A stretch of DNA of 64,000 bases, taken from positions 85,377 to 149,376 of the forward strand of contig JAUVXJ010000003.1 in the NCBI GenBank assembly GCA_030603665.1. The letters run 5' to 3'. Shown piece by piece: positions 1 through 7,712 of this stretch. Each line of letters begins with the position of its first letter. Position 1 is the first letter of the stretch. Below the pieces are notes generated by a model. The model was given only the letters and a program-made list of their open reading frames with translations, was not told the origin of the DNA and ran no database searches. The position numbers were made by a program, and so were the translations under genes. Origin of the DNA: Chloroflexota bacterium (GTDB lineage: Bacteria > Chloroflexota > Anaerolineae > UBA7937 > B3-Chlor).

Positions 1-382
1 CTTCGAAGACGGGGGGCACGTCGTCGCCGTAGAAGAGCTTGGCCGCATCGAACGACCGCGGGATACCCTCCAAAGTCTCCAGGAGGACTTTTGCTTCCGT
101 TCTCTCGACAGTGGGATTGGGGACCCTCAGCGTGATGAACGCGTCTCTGCCCAGCCTGGTCTCGGCGAAAAAGGCCTCGTACTTGGTGAGCAACTTCTTG
201 ACCACGAAGGCGTCCACCTCCTTGCCCTCGCAGTCCCACATCTGCTCGTCGCACCCCAAATGGGAGAAGGCATAGTACGCTTCCTGGATCTCGTCATCGC
301 CCTGGAGTTCGGCGTTCTCCGCGAAGAAGGGAGAGGTGACGTTGTCAGGATGCTGCGTGCTCATGCACTTGGGGACTCTCAC
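1..382 (-). CDS. ppcA: archaeal-type phosphoenolpyruvate carboxylase (PpcA family), N-terminal ~125 codons; gene runs off window start
   Basis: Minus-strand translation from GTG 382 (or ATG 364) gives MRVPKCMSTQHPDNVTSPFFAENAELQGDDEIQEAYYAFSHLGCDEQMWDCEGKEVDAFVVKKLL... This matches the MxxIPRxMSTQHPDN N-terminal signature of archaeal-type PEPC. It is absent from the ORF track because the frame is open to the window edge. Confidence 0.6.
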   Translation of the reverse strand, partial: MRVPKCMSTQHPDNVTSPFFAENAELQGDDEIQEAYYAFSHLGCDEQMWDCEGKEVDAFVVKKLLTKYEAFFAETRLGRDAFITLRVPNPTVERTEAKVLLETLEGIPRSFDAAKLFYGDDVPPVFE

Positions 383-557
383 CGCTTGATCTGCCACCGT
401 GCAGGGCTCCTCCTCCGGTACTGAATTGGGCCCCTCTAAGAAGGACCGCATTCCGCGCCATCGGCACAGATGCGGTCCAGCAAGCCACCGGTTGCGGCAT
501 CAGTCTCGCCAAACTGCCCACCTGAGCAGCCTGCCGAGGGGTTCTTGGTTGGGCGGT

Positions 558-586
558 ATTATATCCACTCCGTGCCCCGAGGTCAA
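558..586 (-). promoter_or_regulatory. sigma70-like promoter TTGACC-N17-TATAAT reading toward the PEPC gene
   Basis: On the minus strand: TTGACC (586-581), a 17-nt spacer, TATAAT (563-558). It sits ~180 nt upstream of the PEPC start. Confidence 0.4.
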
Positions 587-737
587 CCTGAAGCGATCCC
601 GCCATCTCCGGCTGGCCAATCTGCCCAGGGTGCAACGCAGCGTTCAAGACGGAAAGCCCGCGGAGGTTGCGCCACCTCCACGTCGAGCGACCTGCGGTAT
701 CAATGAGAGTCGCGGAACGTAGTCGAGGCACCCTGTC

Positions 738-2309
738 CTAGCGTAGGTTGACTACTAGCCAGGACAGCACTCCGATGATCGCCGCAATCAACACCCCGTA
801 GGGAAGGGTCTTTCTCATCACCTCACCCTCCCGGCCCGCCAGCCCCGCAGTGCTGCAACCGACGATGATCTTCGCCGGGGCCAACATGCTGCCCAGAGCC
901 CCGCCGGCTGTCTGGGCGCCGAGAACCACCAGCGCGCTGATCCCGATCATTTCTGCCGTGGCCAGCTGAAGTGGCGCGAAGATGACGTTGGAGTTGGTAT
1001 TGCTGCCGGTCATGAACGCACCCAGCATACCGATCAGAGGTGAGAAGAAAGGAAAGGCAGGTCCCACGCTCTCGCTCAGGCCCCGGGCGAGAAGATGGAC
1101 CATGCCGCAGTGATCCATGATCATGGCCATCCCCACCATGGAAGCGATGCCGAGGGTCGAAGGCACTGCGCTGGAGAGGGTCCCTCGCCAGATTCGCCCT
1201 AGAACGCCCGGCCTGTAGTGGCCGGTGCCGCGATAGATGAGGAAGGCGATGAGGCAGGAGTATCCCAGCAGGGCCCCTGCGTGGCCGAAGACACTGATCG
1301 TGCGGCCCGGCCCGGCGTCCGTGACCCAGCCCAGATTCGTGCTCACCGCCGGGAAGTCTACTCTGATCACCACCCGATTCAGCAGATCATGGAGGGGGGC
1401 TACGAGTTCCGCAGCGGTCACGAGAACCACCAGGATGAGGTAGGCTGAAATAGCCAGGAGAGGTCCGGGGAGCTTCTCGCCGCGGACCTTCTCTCGCACC
1501 ACGACCCCCTCCCGCTCTCTGCCACGGTAGAAGGGCGATCTGGCAATCACCCCTCCGGCCACCATGCCTGCCAGTCCGGCGAGGAAGCCAGCCACGCTCC
1601 ACAGGCCGTTGACGGCGAGAAGGTATTGAGTCACGCTCATCGCCGCGCCCATGATCAGAATCGGCACCATGGACCGCCGCAGACCCCTCAGACCATCGTA
1701 GGCGTGTACAGCCGCCAGACCACAGCCGAAGCATGCCAACCCCAGGAACACGCTGGACCAGTGTGCCAGGTCATAGCCCTCGATGCCGGAAGCGGCTATC
1801 AAGGCCTGGAACGAGGAGGCGATGTCACCGAAGGTGACCGACCAGGAGTGGCCGATGGCCACCGCCGCCACAGAAATGACGGGGTTGAAACCCATGCCGA
1901 TGAGCAGAGGGGCCACCACCGCGATGGGCACTCCGAAACCGGCCACGCCCTGGAGGAACGAACTGAAAGCCCAGCTGAGGATCAGTAACTGGAGTGTGCG
2001 CTCCCCGGTCAAGCGCGCTATGCTCGCGCCGATGACGCCGATGGCCCCCGCCTCGTTGACCACGTGGTACAAGACCAGCGCCATCCAGATGATGTACAGG
2101 ACGTAGAGGCTGAGCAACACCGCCCTGATCTGCGAGTAGAAGAGCACCTGTGGAGTGGCTCCGAAGAACAGAACGCCCACCACCAGCGCGACCAGCCAAC
2201 CGATGGGCCCGGCCTTGGAGCCGCCCCAGCGCAGCCCAACCATCAGCACCAGCACGGCGATGATTGGCGACAAGGCAAGAAGCCAGCTCACAGGACTCAT
2301 GCTCAGCAT
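738..2309 (-). CDS. L-lactate/glycolate permease family (LctP) membrane transporter
   Basis: 523-aa polytopic membrane protein with many hydrophobic helices. Its length and the N-terminal pattern (GLRWGGSKAGPIGWLVALVV...) fit the LctP family. Confidence 0.65.
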   Translation of the reverse strand: MLSMSPVSWLLALSPIIAVLVLMVGLRWGGSKAGPIGWLVALVVGVLFFGATPQVLFYSQIRAVLLSLYVLYIIWMALVLYHVVNEAGAIGVIGASIARLTGERTLQLLILSWAFSSFLQGVAGFGVPIAVVAPLLIGMGFNPVISVAAVAIGHSWSVTFGDIASSFQALIAASGIEGYDLAHWSSVFLGLACFGCGLAAVHAYDGLRGLRRSMVPILIMGAAMSVTQYLLAVNGLWSVAGFLAGLAGMVAGGVIARSPFYRGREREGVVVREKVRGEKLPGPLLAISAYLILVVLVTAAELVAPLHDLLNRVVIRVDFPAVSTNLGWVTDAGPGRTISVFGHAGALLGYSCLIAFLIYRGTGHYRPGVLGRIWRGTLSSAVPSTLGIASMVGMAMIMDHCGMVHLLARGLSESVGPAFPFFSPLIGMLGAFMTGSNTNSNVIFAPLQLATAEMIGISALVVLGAQTAGGALGSMLAPAKIIVGCSTAGLAGREGEVMRKTLPYGVLIAAIIGVLSWLVVNLR

Positions 2310-2459
2310 GTGACTCTAGCGACACCTCCTGCTCTGGGATAGGACAGTCCACGTCCAGCATGGGCCCCGCCCTTGCGGGCTGGTAAGTCAAAGCACAACG
2401 ATCGCTCGTCGAGATCGCAGCGATCTTCGGATGTCTATGACTGACCTAGCAGCGATGGG

Positions 2460-2924
2460 TCACTTCAAGAAACCAGGTTGGGTCGAATCATGGCGATCGC
2501 TAGCTTCCGGGTCGTCTGTGAGAGGGCCCAGATACTTCTGCACGCCGCATCGGTCCCAGTCGCCAGCGGCACGGTGGGCGTTGATGTAATTGGTCGGCAT
2601 AGGATGACTGCCTACAACCACGGGAAGTCCCACATAATTCTCGATGTATTGGATGAAATCCTCCAAATAGGGGCAGGGTGGATATCCTGCCAGAAACCCC
2701 GATGCCAGGACGATCTCCTCCGCGCCATACTTCTTCAGCTCAGCCGGGGCAAACTCCAGGCGTTCGCCGGGACATCCTCCGCACGTGATGAACCCGACAA
2801 CCTCAAGAGGTTCGTCCTTCGGATACTTCTTGAAGGCGCCTGACCGCTCCTGAATAGCCATGAAGCACTTGCCGCCGGTGCACGTTCTATTCCTATCACA
2901 GATGATGATGCCGATCTTGCTCAT
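2460..2924 (-). CDS. CGGC-domain protein
   Basis: Contains the motif FITCGGCPGERLE and additional Cys pairs. Start chosen at MSKIGIIICDR, preceded by the SD AAGGAG; the longer ORF-track start lacks an SD. Confidence 0.7.
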   Translation of the reverse strand: MSKIGIIICDRNRTCTGGKCFMAIQERSGAFKKYPKDEPLEVVGFITCGGCPGERLEFAPAELKKYGAEEIVLASGFLAGYPPCPYLEDFIQYIENYVGLPVVVGSHPMPTNYINAHRAAGDWDRCGVQKYLGPLTDDPEASDRHDSTQPGFLK

Positions 2925-3712
2925 CGAAACTCTCCTTTGTGGCGTAAGTGTCCCGCAAGCCATCGCTTTGCCCGGGACGTGTCACCGTCTCGCTTCTCTG
3001 GAACCAAACATTGACGACGGACCCGTCTGGCCAAGACGGCCAGCACTGATCTTCGACCGCTACCGGCTATTGGCTCAGCCATCTGGCATACGCGGACCGG
3101 CAGGATTCATCGCTCAATCTCGTCTGGCACAGGCGTCGCCGACCCCAGCCCACTCGCTCCAAAGCTTAGCCGCATGATGGGCAGCGCAGGGGCCTGACTA
3201 CTCCCGGTGGCGAGGCCTCCGGCGGCCGGAGGGTAGTATATCATAGGTCAGCTCTCCTGGCAGCGCTGCTGCTCTCTGTCCCACCACCGATTGCGCACAC
3301 GGACCTCGCTCTGGTACAATGGGCATCGGGGGCCGTGCTGCTTTCCCATAGCCAAGCAGGCGTTTCCCCTGCAATTGATGGTGATCGAGATAGAGATTGA
3401 CTGCAGTGGCATATTGGAGGGGTGATTGCGGAGCAAGGAAAGAACCGTCAGCAGGTCGTCAACCAGCAGATTGGCAGAGTTGTCAAGCGTCTGAATACTG
3501 GCGTGAACCGAGGTCGCTGCCGCTCCCCGCTTAGCTCGTTGATCAAGGGCTACGATAGCCACCGAGCGGACGTTGCGCCAGGATCGGGAACAGCAGCAAG
3601 GGCTGATCAACAACATGGAAGACTAGTTGATGGAGCAAGGGGTTGTTGAAAGAGTTGCACTGGGAATGCGTGCATTGCCCCATAGCGCAAGAGCACGGGT
3701 GGGAGGACCACC

Positions 3713-4585
3713 ATGACCAAGATGGTTAGTCCTGCGATTGTCATCGGCTTGGAACACATCGGACAGAAGGTTCTGACCTGCGTGAAAGAGAATGTTTCTG
3801 ATACTCATGGCAGAGTACCAGATACCATACGGCTGCTTGATTTCGGCAGCAGGGGCGAGCATCCTGAGTGGGCAACTGCGGCTGAGCACGCCGAGGCAAG
3901 TGACGTGACCTTGGGACCAAAGGAGTTCATCTCCCCAGGTGGCACCATCGATGACGATGAAAGTAGACTAGCCAAGGGGGCCGGACAGAGCCCTCCTTTC
4001 TGGCGGACGGCTGACTTCCTTGGGCTCGCTAGTGGGCGGCCGAAAGCGACCAAGGCTATCCGGCAAGCTATCGTGGATGTGAAGAGTGCTGCGCAAGTCG
4101 AAGAGCCCTTGGAGATTCACATTGTGTGCTCTTTGGGCGGCGGGACAGGAAGTGGGATGCTCATCGACATTGCCCACATTGCACGTCAAGTTGCCGAAAG
4201 GGAGGCCGTACCGTCCAACATCCGGGCTTGGGTATTGCTGCAGGACATCTCGGAAGGCAGGATCAATGCTCAGCGGGTGTTGCCATGTGTATACGCTGCC
4301 ATGGGCGAACTCCAGCATTTCATGCAGGTCTTTGATCGGCAACATCCTGCCGATCACTCTGATGCGGAAGGTGGACCACGCCGGATCCACGACGGCAGCT
4401 ACGAGAGCAGACTGTTCGACGCCTGCTATTTGATAGACTTCAAGCGACCTTGTTTGTCGCCCGACCGGACAACACCCCAGAGACATATCTTGCCGACTGT
4501 TGCTCAGCTCATCACCGCCTTGCTGGATCCAGAAACCAGGAGTACTCTCAATGCCCCTTATCCAACGGTTGGCAACGGCCTATGA
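3713..4585 (+). CDS. tubulin/FtsZ-superfamily GTPase-domain protein (mini-tubulin; GTPase domain plus H7, no intermediate/C-terminal domain)
   Basis: The GGGTGSG tubulin signature sits in IHIVCSLGGGTGSGMLIDIAHI. A T3-like GAGQSPPFW motif is present. The N-terminus IVIGLEHIGQKVLTCVKENVSDTHG aligns to tubulin [26 protein letters not shown], but the glycine-rich T1 loop is degenerate. A strong SD (GGGAGGA) precedes ATG 3713. At 290 aa it is too short for a full tubulin or FtsZ. Confidence 0.6.
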   Translation: MTKMVSPAIVIGLEHIGQKVLTCVKENVSDTHGRVPDTIRLLDFGSRGEHPEWATAAEHAEASDVTLGPKEFISPGGTIDDDESRLAKGAGQSPPFWRTADFLGLASGRPKATKAIRQAIVDVKSAAQVEEPLEIHIVCSLGGGTGSGMLIDIAHIARQVAEREAVPSNIRAWVLLQDISEGRINAQRVLPCVYAAMGELQHFMQVFDRQHPADHSDAEGGPRRIHDGSYESRLFDACYLIDFKRPCLSPDRTTPQRHILPTVAQLITALLDPETRSTLNAPYPTVGNGL

Positions 4586-5108
4586 GGTGCCAGGCAGGGA
4601 GCACTGAAGGCTCTATACAGCAGCCTGGAAAACTCGTGTCGTATTGGGTAGTCAGTACTGAAGTCGCTCGCCGAGGCGGTGCGAGATAAGACCGAATCGG
4701 AGCGCGGGGCGCCGGCTCAGGCGTCTGTGCGCAAGCGGTGACCCAAGTGCGCTCTCGCACCCCAAGTTGGCAATGAGGGAGCACAAGGCAAGACACCCGG
4801 CCGATGCAGCTAGAGAGGCGATGGAGTGGACAAGGTAGTCGGAGCGGATGGAAGAAGGTGCAGACGACCACCAAGGCCCCGAATCAGCGCTGAAATCCCA
4901 GACGGGCGCACCGTGACCGCTCCGGCGCTGGAAGGAGAAACACAGGCCGATTCGCAAAGTAGAGGAACGATTGGGGACAAGAAGGGCACATTCTCGCGAG
5001 ACGCCTCGCCTGCGCTCGGTGACCAGATGATACCATGATTGCTGAGGAGGTGAGAACGAAGTGACGTGCGTTTGAGCAGGGCATCCTTGTGTAAACTCGG
5101 AGGGGAAT

Positions 5109-5690
5109 ATGGCCAATGGACAGCTGGTAGCTATGAGCGACGATGAACAGCTTGAATTGGCTTGCTGGCTCATCGAGAGACATGACCATCTCCGCGCGTC
5201 GACGGCAACTAGGGCAGCCATCGTGGTAAGCGCAGACGCTATTCTTTTTGCCGGGGCCGTGTTTCTGTTAGACAAATACCTATCATCAGTTACCCAGTAT
5301 CATCAGTTTGGGAGAGTAGTCTTCACAGTAGGCATTGGAGCCAATCTGACCCTTCTTGCCCTTTCCGTAGTGCTAGCTGCCAACGCGATTGCATTTGCCT
5401 GGAAGAAGACACGAACTACGGTCAATATCAGCAATCTGCCGCCACTGCTCTTCTTTCATCCTAGTGATACGATGAAGGCCTTCAACGACAAGGAGTTTGG
5501 GCGTTTCAGGCAGCACTTCCGAGCGGCCACCAAGGAACAGATGGTGACGTACGCCTTGGGTGAACTCTTGCAGATTACCATAGCACACAATATGCGCTAC
5601 CGTGCATTCCGATGGTCAATTCGCTTGCTCTTTGCAGCTACTATTCCAATGTCAATCTGCATTCTAATGCTCTTGTTCAGGAATCTGTAG
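5109..5690 (+). CDS. small 2-TM (plus C-terminal hydrophobic helix) membrane protein, possible SLATT-like effector
   Basis: 193 aa. Two TM helices (AAIVVSADAILFAGAVFLL; VVFTVGIGANLTLLALSVVLAANAIAF) are followed by a soluble region and a C-terminal hydrophobic helix. A GGAGG SD precedes the ATG. Confidence 0.5.
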   Translation: MANGQLVAMSDDEQLELACWLIERHDHLRASTATRAAIVVSADAILFAGAVFLLDKYLSSVTQYHQFGRVVFTVGIGANLTLLALSVVLAANAIAFAWKKTRTTVNISNLPPLLFFHPSDTMKAFNDKEFGRFRQHFRAATKEQMVTYALGELLQITIAHNMRYRAFRWSIRLLFAATIPMSICILMLLFRNL

Positions 5691-6310
5691 ACTCGAACGC
5701 GTCAGAGCGCCATTGATGATCCACATCTGACTCGGCGCTAGACAATACGCACAGAGAATGCCATACGTCGTAGGAAGGATGCTGAGCGCCCAAATTGCAC
5801 GGCGGAGCGGGAGGAGGCGAAGAGAGTCGTCATGGAGGCGTAGAATGGCTAGGCCGAAGTCCCTCGGGATCGAAATCTCGGCTTGTCGGACGATGGAAAC
5901 AGTATGATCACCTATCACGTGGACCCCTCCCATTCTATCCACACCCGTCTGAGCACCGCCTTCCTGCTTCAATCGAGGCATCTGACATTCGGCTGTGAGG
6001 ATTGAGAGATGGTTGGCCGTGTACGGGTCATGGCTCCGTTGGCAGATCCTGGGGCCTTGACGAGAGGGGCTCACCTGCAGTTTCAAATCGACAAGGATGG
6101 CACCGGCCGGGATTGCCGGTTTGATCCGCATAGAGATCTACGGGACAGGCGTTCAAGGTCGCTGTGGACAGGGGACAACGCCCCCCGGTGCCTGCCATGA
6201 AGGAGGAGGACCTTGATGAAAGAGATCGTTGCCTCAGTCATTTGGGTTGGAGCGCTTCTGGCCGCATGTGCAACGCCTGCTGATGCGTTGTAGGCAGACC
6301 GATTGCTCGG

Positions 6311-6339
6311 TTGACCTATCAGGCCACAGAGAGTATAAT
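6311..6339 (+). promoter_or_regulatory. promoter TTGACC-N17-TATAAT for the toxin-antitoxin operon
   Basis: Exact consensus-like hexamers with 17-nt spacing, ~37 nt upstream of the antitoxin ATG. Confidence 0.5.
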
Positions 6340-6375
6340 AGCCTTAAAGGACATAAAGGGTAGGAGCGCAGCACG

Positions 6376-6642
6376 ATGAGCACAACCAGCATCAGCGAAC
6401 TGAAGAGCGGCCTGTCAGAGTACCTGAACCGCGCGGCATATGGACAGGAGCGCATCATCGTTGCCAGCCGAGGCAAGCCCAAGGCGGCCGTGATCAGCAT
6501 AGAGGACTTGCGCCGCTTTGAGGAACTAGAGGACGCCCTGGCCGCCCACGAGGCGCTGGAGGCTTACGAGGCGGGAGAGACTACGCCCTGGGAAGAGGTC
6601 AAGGCAGAACTGGCCGAGGGCGCCGGTGACGTACCGGATTGA
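6376..6642 (+). CDS. Phd/YefM-family antitoxin
   Basis: 88 aa. N-terminus SISELKSGLSEYLNRAAYGQERIIVASRGKPKAAVISIEDLRRFEELED is typical of the Phd/YefM fold. It overlaps the toxin gene by 17 nt. Confidence 0.8.
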   Translation: MSTTSISELKSGLSEYLNRAAYGQERIIVASRGKPKAAVISIEDLRRFEELEDALAAHEALEAYEAGETTPWEEVKAELAEGAGDVPD

Positions 6643-6898
6643 GATAGAGCGCCGGGCACATAAGGCTCTTGGCCGTCTCCCCAAGCGAGACCGCGTTCGG
6701 GTGGTAGTTGCGACCGATGCCTTGGCTGAAGATCCGAGACCGGCGGGATGCGTGCCCGTACGAGCGGCTCCCAGGGGCACATACCGCATGCGCGTGGGTG
6801 GCTTTCGGATAGTCTATCTGGTTCTGGATGATGAGGAAGTGATCATCGTGGCCCGGGTGGCCAGGCGGAGCGAGACTACCTATCGGAAGCCGGGATAG
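6626..6898 (+). CDS. RelE/ParE-family toxin
   Basis: 90 aa: MTYRIEIERRAHKALGRLPKRDRVRV...GGFRIVYLVLDDEEVIIVARVARR. GTG start overlaps the antitoxin stop. Confidence 0.8.
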   Translation: MTYRIEIERRAHKALGRLPKRDRVRVVVATDALAEDPRPAGCVPVRAAPRGTYRMRVGGFRIVYLVLDDEEVIIVARVARRSETTYRKPG

Positions 6899-6998
6899 CG
6901 CTCGAAAACGGTCGGTTCGCCGGAACCTATGGCATTGCACGGCTCCAGTACCTATCAACGGCCTTGCTGCTTCCCTGTCACCAGTCAGGAGGAGGACG

Positions 6999-7712
6999 AT
7001 GGATCAGTACCGCTTCGGATACCACGCAGACCTTCTGGCCCAGTTCCCCACCATCGTGGCCGGAGCCGCCTTCGCACTGGGCATAGACAACCAGTCCAAC
7101 GAGAGGGCCGCCGAGGATCTCCTCAAGGCTCAGGTGGAAACGGTCAAGGCCCAATTCGCCTCGGAACCTCTCTCCAGCCACCCCCATATCTCCTCGTGGC
7201 GGTCCGCCTTCTCCTCTTTCGGCGTCAAGCCCACCCAGTACCGCTGTGCAGTCGAGGCCATGCTGCGTCACGTGCTCAAGAAGGGGTCGGTGCCCCACAT
7301 CAACAAGCTCGTGGACATCTGCAACTACGTCTCTATGAAACACGTGCTCCCCGTCGCGGCCTACGATCTGAGCCATGTCTCAGGGCCCATCGAGGTCCGC
7401 TTCGCTGAAGGCAACGAGCCATTCCTGCCCCTGTACGGGAAAGAGGTCGAGTATCCCAAGCCGGGGGAGGTGATCTACACAGACGATGAGGGCGCCCTCT
7501 CTCGCCGCTGGACCTGGCGCCAGTCAGACCGGGCCAAGTCTACCCCTCAGACGCGCAATGCCCTGCTCACTGCCGAAGGCGTGAATGACATCGAGGGCGC
7601 AGCGGTCGAGGCAGCCATGCAGGAGCTGGTCTCCCTGGTGAAGGAGCACTGCGGCCGAGAAGTCTCCTCGTCCATACTGGACCGTGACCATCCCTGGGCC
7701 GTGAAGGAATGA
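6999..7712 (+). CDS. B3/4 tRNA-binding-domain protein (PheT B3/B4-like)
   Basis: 237 aa, SD AGGAGGAGG upstream. Its length and composition fit stand-alone B3/4-domain proteins. It overlaps comEC by 4 nt (ATGA). Confidence 0.45.
   Translation: MDQYRFGYHADLLAQFPTIVAGAAFALGIDNQSNERAAEDLLKAQVETVKAQFASEPLSSHPHISSWRSAFSSFGVKPTQYRCAVEAMLRHVLKKGSVPHINKLVDICNYVSMKHVLPVAAYDLSHVSGPIEVRFAEGNEPFLPLYGKEVEYPKPGEVIYTDDEGALSRRWTWRQSDRAKSTPQTRNALLTAEGVNDIEGAAVEAAMQELVSLVKEHCGREVSSSILDRDHPWAVKE

Noticed and set aside
345-731. Overlapping 107-128-aa ORFs on both strands
   Set aside because: The region is the promoter/leader of the PEPC gene (a consensus promoter lies at 558-586). There is no SD and the encoded proteins are Arg/Pro-rich low-complexity translations.
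3216-3232. Stem-loop cctccgg-cgg-ccggagg
   Set aside because: A 3-nt loop, no flanking U-tract on either strand, and not positioned after a gene end. It is probably a chance GC palindrome.
4450-5038. Possible frameshifted continuation of the tubulin-like gene (ORFs 4450-4689 and 4826-5038)
   Set aside because: The translations show no resemblance to the tubulin intermediate/C-terminal domain, so the short length seems genuine. Residual decay cannot be excluded.
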